A DNA stretch of 64,000 nucleotides from IMG/VR virus record IMGVR_UViG_3300034190_003093, positions 1 to 64,000 of that record; one strand, 5' to 3'. The DNA is from an uncultured virus (IMG/VR IMGVR_UViG_3300034190_003093) (taxonomy: Duplodnaviria; Heunggongvirae; Uroviricota; Caudoviricetes). Below the pieces are notes generated by a model, which was not told the origin of the DNA, did not search any database, and worked only from the letters and a program-made list of their open reading frames with translations. Shown here in pieces: positions 9,904 to 18,979 of this stretch; within the stretch, counting starts at the first letter, position 1, and every line of letters begins with the position of its first letter. Made by a program: the position numbers and the translations under genes.

Positions 9904-11039
9904 TCTAGTATATCTGCAATCTTATGTGCTAATTTTCTAAACCACGTTTCATCATGCCCACGAGTAGTTTCGGCAGCTGTGCCAATACGAATGCCACTTG
10001 TTTCTACAAAGCTACGTGGATCATTTGGTATACCGTTCTTGTTTACTGTGATACCATTTTCTTCTAGTAAGTCTGCGGCTTGTCTGCCACTATACTTGCT
10101 GTTACTTAGATCCATAAGAATAATATGACTGTCAGTGCCGCCTGTTTGTACTGGCAAATCACGCTGTCTAAACACATCACACATAGCCTTAGCATTGCGT
10201 ACAACCGCCTGTGCGTAGTTTTTATAGTCTTGTGTGTCTGCTTCAATAAAGCACTGTGCCTTGGCAGCAATGATGTGCATAAGCGGGCCACCTTGTGTGC
10301 CAGGGAAGATAGCACTATTAATCTTACGTGTAAGTTCTTCGTTGTTCCATAAGATAATACCGCCACGTGGACCACGCAGTGTTTTATGTGTTGTACTAGT
10401 CACTACATCAGCATAGGGCACTGGATTTGGATACACTCCGCCTGCAATCAATCCTGAATAATGTGCCATGTCAACCAATAGATAAGCACCCACAGCGTTT
10501 GCAATATAGCGCATTTGTGCCCAGTCAACTTCACGTGGATAAGCACTAGCACCGGCAACAATCATTTTTGGTTTAACACGCTCGGCTATATCACGAATAT
10601 TTTCATAATCTAACCAACCTTCTTTGTTTACGCCATACGAATGAGCTTCATAAACTTTACCTGAAATATTAACAGGAGCACCGTGCGACAAATGGCCGCC
10701 GCTTGCTAGGTCCATACCAAGGATCTTATCACCTGGTTTCATTAGTGCTTGATATACTGCTGTGTTAGCATTAGCACCTGAGTGTGGCTGTACGTTTGCA
10801 AACTTTGCTCCGTACAGGTTACACAATGTGTCAATCGCAAGTGTTTCAATCTCATCCATATGCTCGCAACCGTTGTAGTAACGCTTGCCTGGATATCCTT
10901 CTGCATACTTGTTTGTAAATACACTGCCTGCTAAATCCATAACTGCTTGACTAGCAAAGTTTTCACTTGCAATAAGTTCTATTGTCGATTCTTGTCGTGC
11001 TGCTTCTCTATTTAAGATTTGATAAATTTTGTCATTCAT
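9900..11039 (-). CDS. glyA: Serine hydroxymethyltransferase
   Basis: LIASEN, KYAEGYPGKRYY, GGHLSHG, TTHKTLRGPRGG (PLP Lys), PGTQGGP. Confidence 0.97.
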   Translation of the reverse strand: MNDKIYQILNREAARQESTIELIASENFASQAVMDLAGSVFTNKYAEGYPGKRYYNGCEHMDEIETLAIDTLCNLYGAKFANVQPHSGANANTAVYQALMKPGDKILGMDLASGGHLSHGAPVNISGKVYEAHSYGVNKEGWLDYENIRDIAERVKPKMIVAGASAYPREVDWAQMRYIANAVGAYLLVDMAHYSGLIAGGVYPNPVPYADVVTSTTHKTLRGPRGGIILWNNEELTRKINSAIFPGTQGGPLMHIIAAKAQCFIEADTQDYKNYAQAVVRNAKAMCDVFRQRDLPVQTGGTDSHIILMDLSNSKYSGRQAADLLEENGITVNKNGIPNDPRSFVETSGIRIGTAAETTRGHDETWFRKLAHKIADILE

Positions 11040-11437
11040 TATAATGCTGCTACCTTTGTTTGTAATGTGCTAATCAAACTTGCAAGTCCGTTGCGTCTGT
11101 TGCTGCTTAGGATGCCTTCTAATGATAATGCTTCAAAGTCACCACGCTGAATCTTTTTGGCTTCGTCTAGTGGCAAATCATTGAAACAATCACAGACAAC
11201 ATGTGTCACACCTTTTGTAATCATAGCATCACTGTCGTAATAAATTTTAGTTTTATTATCAACTGTGCCTACATCTACCCAAATACTGCTGATACACCCG
11301 CTTACAAGTTTATCATCTGTTCTCAGTTCCGCAGGCAGTGATGTAGGTTTTTTGGCCATGTCAATCAACAACTGATACTGATCCATTACATCGTCGAAGA
11401 TTGACAACTCGTCTGCCCATTGTTGAATTTTGTTCAA
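11039..11437 (-). CDS. sufE: SufE-family Fe-S sulfur acceptor
   Basis: VSGCISSIWV, DSDAMITKG, LSSNRRNG. Confidence 0.85.
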   Translation of the reverse strand: MNKIQQWADELSIFDDVMDQYQLLIDMAKKPTSLPAELRTDDKLVSGCISSIWVDVGTVDNKTKIYYDSDAMITKGVTHVVCDCFNDLPLDEAKKIQRGDFEALSLEGILSSNRRNGLASLISTLQTKVAAL

Positions 11438-11847
11438 GTTCTGTTGCCTCTAAGTGCAAAGAACATACCACCTACCCAAAGTAGAACGTGGAAATGGTCA
11501 TTTAGTAGCACTTCCGACACGCTTTCGGGTTCTGCCATCCAAATAACACCAGTCATAATACTAGCAATAGTGATGCCAGCAAATCGTGTTAACAGATCGC
11601 TGATTTCTTTAAGATACTTTATAAGTGCTCCGCTAACAAGTAACCCTACTCCAGCACCGAGTTCACCATAGGCAACAGTCCACCACACAAGATAAGGTAG
11701 GTCGTATGCTTCTGCTACTTCTATGTCAACTGGGATCTTGTCTAAGCCTTGTTGAATAAAAATGATTGCCAAGGGGATCCTCAGCAACCAATGTGACATA
11801 CAGAACTCTGGGATTTTATTGACAAGTGTTTTAATCAACTTGTTCAC
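11434..11847 (-). CDS. DoxX-family membrane protein
   Basis: LLRIPLA..F..QG..K, ELGAG..L..G, TRFAG. Confidence 0.75.
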   Translation of the reverse strand: MNKLIKTLVNKIPEFCMSHWLLRIPLAIIFIQQGLDKIPVDIEVAEAYDLPYLVWWTVAYGELGAGVGLLVSGALIKYLKEISDLLTRFAGITIASIMTGVIWMAEPESVSEVLLNDHFHVLLWVGGMFFALRGNRT

Positions 11848-12193
11848 CCATAGATGTCAGATAATCAATAATGTCAGCACGTTTGGCTTCTTTGCGCTCC
11901 TTGAAGTTCATCTTGGTGCCTTTAACTAATTTCTTAGAGTTAGTTAGCCACGCATCCATGAGCTCCGGGGTCCACTGTGGATTCTCTTCGGCCCAGGTAG
12001 CAAACTTTTTGCTGTATTTAAAGTCAGCAGTTCCGGTGCCGCGATTCATGATATTCCAAAGGTTTGGCCCAACTTTATTTTTGCCACCTTCTTCGATACT
12101 GTGACAAGAGACACATTTTTTAAATGCCTTGTCGGCTATAGCAGGTGTAGAAAATGTTGCTGCGATTGCAAGTGTTAATAATACGTTTTTCAT
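11831..12193 (-). CDS. Cytochrome c2-like class I cytochrome c
   Basis: Signal peptide, CVSCH, KVGPNL, GTKM axial Met. Confidence 0.92.
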   Translation of the reverse strand: MKNVLLTLAIAATFSTPAIADKAFKKCVSCHSIEEGGKNKVGPNLWNIMNRGTGTADFKYSKKFATWAEENPQWTPELMDAWLTNSKKLVKGTKMNFKERKEAKRADIIDYLTSMGEQVD

Positions 12194-12287
12194 TTGTTTT
12201 CCTATTTTATAATGTACAAACTGGTAATTTATAGTATTTAACAGAAATTTGTGGTGCTAGGATATTCTTATTATGTATGCTACTTGA

Positions 12288-12422
12288 TTAGAAAGTTGGG
12301 TACATTGCATGTTTGTATTCGCTGATACGGTTTGCTTCGCTGTACAAACCTTTGTTGCGTAGTTCTCTAATTGCCATGCAGTATGAGCGATATTCCATTG
12401 CTTTGATAAAACGTTTAAACAT
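12288..12422 (-). CDS. Small basic protein (44 aa, not in ORF track)
   Basis: TAATG coupling; MFKRFIKAMEYRSYCMAIRELRNKG. Confidence 0.6.
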   Translation of the reverse strand: MFKRFIKAMEYRSYCMAIRELRNKGLYSEANRISEYKHAMYPTF

Positions 12423-12610
12423 TATTTGCTCTCCAACATAAGTGCTTTTGCTTCTTCTGTGTAACCCAAACGGTGTAGTTCAGCAGCTGCTCTTGCTCTG
12501 CCTGCTGATTCACCAATGGCCCATACGCCCATTGCAAATGCTACTGCATACTTGCCAAGTGTTTTGATAAACTTGGGCGCTTGTACTGGTAGGTTTCCTA
12601 CTACTTCCAT
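12422..12610 (-). CDS. Small protein
   Basis: TAATG coupling; GRARAAAELHRLGY. Confidence 0.6.
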   Translation of the reverse strand: MEVVGNLPVQAPKFIKTLGKYAVAFAMGVWAIGESAGRARAAAELHRLGYTEEAKALMLESK

Positions 12611-12864
12611 TATGCCCAACCTCTCACATTGCGTGTAACGCTAGAAACTGTTGTGCCTTTTGGATATGACGAATTAGCAATGTGCCAAATGTCGCAGCGA
12701 GTGAGACCAATGTCGTTTAGTTCGCGATTTGATAGTTGATTAAGTTCTTTGATTGTGAAACGGATCAATTTGCGTCTTTGATGCTCATTGATTGCTTTTT
12801 TGATCCAGTTAAAAACGCTAGCAATGCCAGCCTGGTTAAATGTGTTTGCTACTACTGTAGTCAT
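12610..12864 (-). CDS. DUF1127 (YjiS-like) small protein
   Basis: RR..R.TIKELNQLSNRELNDIGLTRCDI signature; GAGG RBS before ATG at 12864. Confidence 0.88.
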   Translation of the reverse strand: MTTVVANTFNQAGIASVFNWIKKAINEHQRRKLIRFTIKELNQLSNRELNDIGLTRCDIWHIANSSYPKGTTVSSVTRNVRGWA

Positions 12865-13035
12865 TGTTCGTATCCTCAAGTATGTGTATGTGTTAAAAAA
12901 TGTATATTGCAACCAACCCTATGCTGCGTTGCAACACATTTATTTATAAAGTATAATACAGAAATTTGCTAAAAACAACTGTTTATAGCGCATACTCGAT
13001 ATGCAATACATGCAATGCTTTTAGATCTTTTCAGG

Positions 13036-13063
13036 TTGACAAGTGTGCAGTTGATGTTATAAT
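13036..13063 (+). promoter_or_regulatory. Early sigma70-type promoter
   Basis: TTGACA-N16-TATAAT. Confidence 0.75.
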
Positions 13064-13092
13064 AGTATTATAAGTTAATTAGGAGAGCAACG

Positions 13093-13326
13093 ATGAAAGA
13101 AATGTTGATTGACAACAATACTACACTCAATTGTAGCATGAAAAAACAGTTGTTTAATGACTTAACATACGATTTAAAAAATTGGAAAGATCCAATTCGT
13201 GCAGTTATTCCGATTGTTGACTTTGCTGAATACAATGCTGCATGCCTTCACTTTACAGGAAAAGAACTAAAAATCATTGACTTTCAAGATCAACGAGTTG
13301 GAGTCGAATGTACCGATTATGAGTGA
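13093..13326 (+). CDS. Hypothetical protein
   Basis: AGGAG RBS after promoter. Confidence 0.6.
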   Translation: MKEMLIDNNTTLNCSMKKQLFNDLTYDLKNWKDPIRAVIPIVDFAEYNAACLHFTGKELKIIDFQDQRVGVECTDYE

Positions 13327-13573
13327 CGCAGAGAAAAGGCTTATCTTAATCACAGACTTTATTGAGCAACGTCTACGCAAAGAGCAAGAACTTGAGTATT
13401 ACCTCAAAGAGCTTGAAGAATTAAATCGAAAGATTGGATACTTGCGCACAGAAGTTGATCTCACTAATACAATTATCAAGATGATTAAGCACGAACAAGT
13501 GTACGATGTCCAGGATAACTTGATAGCAAACAATAAAAATTTGCTGATTAAAAACGACGGAGACGAAGAATGA
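13319..13573 (+). CDS. Coiled-coil hypothetical protein
   Basis: Overlapping start, E/K/R/L heptads. Confidence 0.6.
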   Translation: MSDAEKRLILITDFIEQRLRKEQELEYYLKELEELNRKIGYLRTEVDLTNTIIKMIKHEQVYDVQDNLIANNKNLLIKNDGDEE

Positions 13574-13731
13574 AACCAGTATTGATTGTTACAATGGTGC
13601 TATTATTAGGTGCTTGTTCCAACGTGCCAGGGTATCACGGTGTACAAAATGCACACGGTGCAAAAGAATTGTTTAACAACTGTCTGAGAGACATGTTGGA
13701 CACACGCAACAATAGAGGATCCGGATGTTAA
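13570..13731 (+). CDS. Small lipoprotein (53 aa, not in ORF track)
   Basis: MKPVLIVTMVLLLGAC lipobox; GGAG RBS; ATGA overlap. Confidence 0.6.
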   Translation: MKPVLIVTMVLLLGACSNVPGYHGVQNAHGAKELFNNCLRDMLDTRNNRGSGC

Positions 13732-13739
13732 ATATGCAT

Positions 13740-13982
13740 ATGACATCTCAAACAGTTGATACTATTTTAAAATGGATTGCAACATCGATATTATGTGTAG
13801 GTAGCTACATTGTGAGTGCACACCCAATGTCATATCCGCTTGGCCCACTGGTGCTGTTTTGTGGCGGATTTGTCTGGTTGATAGTTGCGGTTCGGTGGCA
13901 GGAACGTGCACTAATTATTACCAACGGTGTTATGTGCCTCATTACTGTTGTTGGCTTACTTAGATTTTACGAGTATATTTAA
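13740..13982 (+). CDS. Small three-helix membrane protein
   Basis: TAAATA-N5-ATG start; similar to 16787..17011 (KW.A...W.E.ALI..N). Confidence 0.6.
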   Translation: MTSQTVDTILKWIATSILCVGSYIVSAHPMSYPLGPLVLFCGGFVWLIVAVRWQERALIITNGVMCLITVVGLLRFYEYI

Positions 13983-14218
13983 TGACACCTTTAGAAATAA
14001 GTGAATACAAAATGCGATGGATGAGTAACAATCCTCATTCAGTTCGTCTACACAGCGATCTTGACACACAAGGTAAAACATGGTGTAGACGTAACTTAGA
14101 GCGGCACCAATGGAAGATGGATACGTGGACTGATGTGTATGAACATACATTCTTTTTTGAATTGAACGAACATGCTGATCTATTTGCACAGCAATGGCCG
14201 GAGTTTGTAAATCAATGA
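13982..14218 (+). CDS. Hypothetical protein
   Basis: Coupled ORF, WC...W...F pattern. Confidence 0.6.
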   Translation: MTPLEISEYKMRWMSNNPHSVRLHSDLDTQGKTWCRRNLERHQWKMDTWTDVYEHTFFFELNEHADLFAQQWPEFVNQ

Positions 14219-14367
14219 AAGAACATCAAGAACGTTACCACAACTACATAGGTCGCAAATTGCGAGAAGAGGATGCTAAACTTGCAGAGCAATCTGAAGA
14301 CCGTATTGCCATGTTAGAAAAGAAGGTTGCAAAAATAGAACAGTTTATTAAGTCAATCGAGAACTAA
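14215..14367 (+). CDS. Small coiled-coil protein (50 aa, not in ORF track)
   Basis: ATGA overlap, MKEHQERYHNY. Confidence 0.55.
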   Translation: MKEHQERYHNYIGRKLREEDAKLAEQSEDRIAMLEKKVAKIEQFIKSIEN

Positions 14368-14370
14368 TAT

Positions 14371-15000
14371 ATGATTTATTGTTTTGGTGACAGTTTTACG
14401 TTTGGTGACGAGCTTGCAGACCGGAACGATGCATGGCCGGGTGTGCTAAATCAAATGACTGACCATATTGTAGTTAGCATTGCTAAACCAGGTGCTAGCA
14501 ACAGCTGGGTATGCAACAAAGTAATACAAAAATGTTTAGAACACAAGCCAGAATTGGCCATTATTGCTTGGACTACACCAGACCGCTACGAATTCTTTGA
14601 TGAAAATAATAATAGCTTGTGTATTAATATTAATGATAGTACCAATAATCCTTTTGTAAAACAGTTATACAGCGAGTATCACAACTCCACTGGAAAATTC
14701 TTAGAATGGATATGTCAAGCAATACTACTGCAAAATTTTTTAGAAAACCAAAGAATTCCGTATCGATTTGTGCATGCCTTTTCGTCGGGTATCAATGATA
14801 TAATAGATAAAAACAAAAATAGTCCTCATTTTAAAAAAATGTTGGGTTTTTTAAACACAGATTGTTTTATTGGTTGGCCCGGAGATGATTTTATTAAGTG
14901 GAGCCACGGTTCTCCTCTTGGACCAAACGGGCACTTCTTAGAACAAGGGCACAAACAAGTTGCCGAACACATGTATAAACAAATTAAAGATATATTGTAA
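14371..15000 (+). CDS. SGNH/GDSL-like hydrolase
   Basis: FGDSFTFG, GASN, C-terminal GH...GH. Confidence 0.65.
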   Translation: MIYCFGDSFTFGDELADRNDAWPGVLNQMTDHIVVSIAKPGASNSWVCNKVIQKCLEHKPELAIIAWTTPDRYEFFDENNNSLCININDSTNNPFVKQLYSEYHNSTGKFLEWICQAILLQNFLENQRIPYRFVHAFSSGINDIIDKNKNSPHFKKMLGFLNTDCFIGWPGDDFIKWSHGSPLGPNGHFLEQGHKQVAEHMYKQIKDIL

Positions 15001-15002
15001 AG

Positions 15003-15215
15003 ATGCACGAATTGGCCACCACCTTTAATTACAGTGTTAACATTGAACGACCAGCTGGCGACATTGATGGTATAGTTCAATGGTGCAAGCTGAACTTTGA
15101 AGACGGCTGGCGCTGGCATATCAATTGTTTTAGTACCCCAACTACTCCTGGAAGCTATACTTTTTTTCTAAATAATAATGCTGATTATATGGCATTTGTG
15201 TTAAAATATGGTTGA
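15003..15215 (+). CDS. Hypothetical protein
   Basis: WC..NF...W...F.LKY pattern. Confidence 0.55.
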   Translation: MHELATTFNYSVNIERPAGDIDGIVQWCKLNFEDGWRWHINCFSTPTTPGSYTFFLNNNADYMAFVLKYG

Positions 15216-15240
15216 CAACAGCATTTAACTATGCTATAAC
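15212..15240 (+). promoter_or_regulatory. Early sigma70-type promoter
   Basis: TTGACA-N17-TATAAC with TG extension. Confidence 0.65.
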
Positions 15241-15302
15241 TTAATAGTAGGAAGCATAACAGCCCTACACTATTCTTAACTGAATCAAAATGGAGAAACA
15301 AA

Positions 15303-16469
15303 ATGACAGTTAAACTTGAAACACGGGCAATGCCCAAGCGCAACCCTTTTAGCGTTGCCAAAATTCAAAACTTGATGGAACGTAGCCAAGATAAAGATTT
15401 GTATGAAGATCTTGAAACACGCATTGATCCAACAAAAACCCTTCCAACACAAAAACTTATCTCAGATGCAATCAATAGTCTGCGTAATCGTTGCAATGGC
15501 ACTTATGCAACTAAAGACTTTGGCGGCGTTGAGTTTGTAGCATTTGAATTGCTGGATATCAACATTGACAACCAACGTGATGTTGATTGGGATCACGTAG
15601 CACACATCATTGAATCGTTTGATCCTCGAGCAGTGCAAGTTGTAAACACCATCAAGTTGCCCAATGGGCGTTACAGTATCCCAGAGGGTCAGCACACAGC
15701 CGTGGCACTGTACATCCTGTGGAAAGCCGGCATGATTGAAAAAGATTTCACAGTTGCATGTAAGGTAATTGATGCTCTTGCAGTAGTTCCGGGCAGCAAT
15801 ACCAAGGGCGAAGCATTTGGCAACTTCTTGTTCCGTTTGATCAACTATAAAGGTCGTAAAGCTGTTGAACCTTACTTTATGCACAAAAGCCGTGTAAGTG
15901 GTGTACGCAATTATGGTAGCACACTTACAGAAGACTTGCACGCCGAGCGTATCCAGGCTGTGGTTGAACAGGCAAATATGTACACACGCCCAGCAGTCGA
16001 AGCACGTGGGCACGGCGCAAAGCCAGGCATGGTGACATACATTTCAGGTCTCAACCGAGTTGCCGAAATGGAAGGTGAGAACTTTGATAGCGCAATCCAC
16101 GATCTTGAATTTGCATTGAGCTTGCACGATCGTTATTTTGCAAATGAAAAAGGTGTCGACGGTGGCTTTATCCTAGCACTAGGTCGCTATGCTAAACTTG
16201 CACGTAAAAACAAAACAACTATCACACGTGAGTGGCAGGATGCACTGATGCAGTTCTTTAAAACTACATATGCAAGTCCAAGCAAGTTTCATAAACAAGC
16301 AAAGAATCGTTTGGAAAAGTTTAATCGTTCACATGACTTGCCAGGTGGTTGGAGTGACAATTGTTTGTTGAGCATTTTGATCTTAGACTTCTATGCGTAC
16401 TGTGATGCAAACGACTTGGACTTTCCAATCTTGCCAGATCAACACATCAACAAGTACAACGGTATTTAA
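15303..16469 (+). CDS. ParB/Srx-superfamily (DGQHR-like) protein
   Basis: NQRDVDWDHV..I...FDP and EGQHT motifs. Confidence 0.65.
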   Translation: MTVKLETRAMPKRNPFSVAKIQNLMERSQDKDLYEDLETRIDPTKTLPTQKLISDAINSLRNRCNGTYATKDFGGVEFVAFELLDINIDNQRDVDWDHVAHIIESFDPRAVQVVNTIKLPNGRYSIPEGQHTAVALYILWKAGMIEKDFTVACKVIDALAVVPGSNTKGEAFGNFLFRLINYKGRKAVEPYFMHKSRVSGVRNYGSTLTEDLHAERIQAVVEQANMYTRPAVEARGHGAKPGMVTYISGLNRVAEMEGENFDSAIHDLEFALSLHDRYFANEKGVDGGFILALGRYAKLARKNKTTITREWQDALMQFFKTTYASPSKFHKQAKNRLEKFNRSHDLPGGWSDNCLLSILILDFYAYCDANDLDFPILPDQHINKYNGI

Positions 16470-16470
16470 G

Positions 16471-16803
16471 ATGCGTTACTTGTACATATGGTCAAATCAT
16501 TTGGGACGCACGTGTTTTGGTATTACAAGTAATCCCGACAATCGCAAACGCAAGTACGAAGGGCACACAGGCTTTGAAGTTAACTGGACAAAACTATATG
16601 CAGGTCCTAGCAATCACATCGAAGACTTAGAAGATCGTATTAAAAGCGAATTTTGGGATCACTTGTTCTACACTACCACTGGCAAGTACGAATGGATACG
16701 TGAAGACATCAACACTGATCAAATAATACAATGGTTAGAATGGGAAGTTGACAACACTTACGAAAATGTTATAAATGAAGTTGATGTTACAACCAATACA
16801 TAG
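16471..16803 (+). CDS. GIY-YIG-like nuclease
   Basis: YLYIW...FGITSNPDNRKRKY...LE..IK...EW. Confidence 0.6.
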   Translation: MRYLYIWSNHLGRTCFGITSNPDNRKRKYEGHTGFEVNWTKLYAGPSNHIEDLEDRIKSEFWDHLFYTTTGKYEWIREDINTDQIIQWLEWEVDNTYENVINEVDVTTNT

Positions 16804-17011
16804 CAACTAGCATCGGTATTATAATTGCAAATTGAGGGAGAAAGTTCAGTATAAGAGCTTTCTCCTTCCATCTATATCCAACATAGATCCATCCTGTGGC
16901 ACCCACCATCTGTAATAAACTGTTCCAAGGCGTGATGCCTGCTACATGCAACACCATAGCACACAATATAGTTACGGCGCTAGCATACTTTACAAAAACT
17001 ATATGATTCAT
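16787..17011 (-). CDS. Small three-helix membrane protein
   Basis: Hydrophobic, last gene of minus-strand operon. Confidence 0.6.
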   Translation of the reverse strand: MNHIVFVKYASAVTILCAMVLHVAGITPWNSLLQMVGATGWIYVGYRWKEKALILNFLPQFAIIIPMLVAMYWL

Positions 17012-17164
17012 AGTGCACCCCTGTGTGAGCTAGCTAGTTTAATAAGATCATCTAACTCAGTGTGCTCTACATAATGCATATACATTTGGATTGCTTCCAA
17101 ATATTTTAGCATATAAGTGGTTGCCGCTACCCTGTGGCCCAACTGCTATTGTTAGTTGTTTCAT
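17008..17164 (-). pseudogene. Internally deleted P-loop (sulfotransferase/kinase-like) gene remnant
   Basis: Coupled start MKQLTIAVGPQGSGNH stops after 35 aa; a second frame ends HYVEHTELDDLIKLASSHRGAL in an ATGA overlap with the next gene; 157 nt is not a multiple of 3. Confidence 0.55.
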
Positions 17165-17832
17165 ACCTCAATTTGAAGATCATAGTGCGAGAACAGCATG
17201 TGCATTTCTGTTGTTGCTACACCTGTTACTAGTAAGGTACAACGTGGACTTCTGCCTGCGTTTGCTGTACAATGTGGCGAATTAAACCAATCAAAACTGT
17301 AAATCTCGCCTGCACGATACCCTGTGTGAACTTGGTTGCCGTACTGTAAGAAGTGACCGGGTTCCCAATCGTTTAACATAACCATAAATCGATAAACACT
17401 CTTAGGATCTGCTTTATTCCATTTTTCTAATTTATCAACATGCAAGTTCCACACTTGTCCGGGCATCTGCACATGGACTCGGCGCTGTACATCTCTATCA
17501 TCGCCTGGTAGTAAGTGTAGCGCATCAGTCATACGCTGGAAAACAGGTTCAATTGCATAGTCTAGTTTGGTTAAAACCAAGTCAGCAGGCGCACCAGTAT
17601 TGATCAAATCTAGTTCTTCTGCTTCAATGTCTTCACTGCCGTTTGGATTATCAATTGGATTGCGTGTGCGCCAAGTAATGTCGTTACTTTTTTCAACTGT
17701 TCTATCCAGTGCTTCTTTCCAATCACCTGTGAACTTGCCCACATAGCGCATACTGTCATAAGCAGGGTCATGCTTAAATGCATCATAGTGATAGTTGTTG
17801 CGTGGAGCAGTTTTTTCCCAATTGCTTTCCAT
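17161..17832 (-). CDS. 2OG-Fe(II) oxygenase-like/cupin protein
   Basis: HVD...H triad, DWEPGH, TANAG..PR.TL.VTG. Confidence 0.7.
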   Translation of the reverse strand: MESNWEKTAPRNNYHYDAFKHDPAYDSMRYVGKFTGDWKEALDRTVEKSNDITWRTRNPIDNPNGSEDIEAEELDLINTGAPADLVLTKLDYAIEPVFQRMTDALHLLPGDDRDVQRRVHVQMPGQVWNLHVDKLEKWNKADPKSVYRFMVMLNDWEPGHFLQYGNQVHTGYRAGEIYSFDWFNSPHCTANAGRSPRCTLLVTGVATTEMHMLFSHYDLQIEV

Positions 17833-17917
17833 TGCTGTTTATTCCTTTTAAAAATGTGTGTGTGTGTGGAAGAGCCAAATACCCTTCCACACATTAGTCA
17901 TCTACTTATTAATAGCT

Positions 17918-18970
17918 TTACGGAAATAGATTTTCTTTGAGTATTGAGTTAAGTCCCAATGCTTCTTTGTTGAATTTTACCAAGTTGCGTAGTGCATCTT
18001 CTGTGATAAATGTCATTAGTGTGTCACGCATTTGGTCGCCACGCTCACCAATAAACCATTCGTACTTGCCGTTTTTAGCTTCAATAACTGCCATTGACTC
18101 TGGGTCGTTTGCCATTTTGTTCATTGCTGCTACCAAGCGATCACGCAATTCTGGATTACCTTTGTTGACCCAAATTGCTTTTTGTAGACCATCACGGAAT
18201 GATTTAACTAATACATACGCATCGTAAAACTCGCCGCTTGCTTCTACGCCCCAACGCTCTTTAAACTTGATTTCAAATTGGTAACCTGGGAAGTTTGGAT
18301 CATCTACGTGCTTGCCTGTAGCTGGATCAAGCAAACCATGGTGAAACCAAAGTTCTGCATTTTCGTCTGGTGCAATGTGGATTTGGTATGTAGCCGGATT
18401 TTCACGTGAACCTGTTAAGTCGCCACGTTTAAATGCAAGACGGCGTTCTCCGCCACTCATACCTTTAACCCATTTAAAGTTTTCACCAAAGCAAGTAATA
18501 TACTCATCAACGGATTTATCTGGGCCACATGTCATCATTGCCATAGCAAATGCTTCTGGGACAGCACCACTTGTGCCAGCAAAGATTGCTTTATCCATGT
18601 CTGCGCCTTTAACTTTGCCCATGATAATGTTCAAGTTCATAAGACCAATTGAATCATAGTCGGCATAGTTGTAGTCAACTTCTTCTTGCAAGAAGCTTAC
18701 ACCGTTACCGCCATGCGTAACAACAATTGTGTTTTCGTCAAAACGTAGATCGTTATGCCAAGCATTGATACCCGGAATGTCTCGTGCGCCCGGAATGTTG
18801 CGAAGAACAATACGCTCACCTAGATGCTTTGAAAGCTCTTTCATAATGATTTCAGTCCAAACAGTTGTGCCACCGCCTGGTTTTTGCGGGTTTACCACTG
18901 TAATATCAGCTGTTGCTGTGGTTGCTGCAAGTGCAAATACTGCGCCTGCTAGTAGTGTTTTAATTGGCAT
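17918..18970 (-). CDS. TctC/Bug-like periplasmic binding protein of tripartite tricarboxylate transporter
   Basis: Signal peptide, P.KPGGGT, NIPGA, adjacent to tctA. Confidence 0.75.
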   Translation of the reverse strand: MPIKTLLAGAVFALAATTATADITVVNPQKPGGGTTVWTEIIMKELSKHLGERIVLRNIPGARDIPGINAWHNDLRFDENTIVVTHGGNGVSFLQEEVDYNYADYDSIGLMNLNIIMGKVKGADMDKAIFAGTSGAVPEAFAMAMMTCGPDKSVDEYITCFGENFKWVKGMSGGERRLAFKRGDLTGSRENPATYQIHIAPDENAELWFHHGLLDPATGKHVDDPNFPGYQFEIKFKERWGVEASGEFYDAYVLVKSFRDGLQKAIWVNKGNPELRDRLVAAMNKMANDPESMAVIEAKNGKYEWFIGERGDQMRDTLMTFITEDALRNLVKFNKEALGLNSILKENLFP

Positions 18971-18979
18971 GTTTTTCTC

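Noticed and set aside
12195..12290. Cuckoo/CcsR-type sRNAs after the DUF1127 operon
   Set aside because: No CCTCCTCCC-loop hairpins seen on the coding strand
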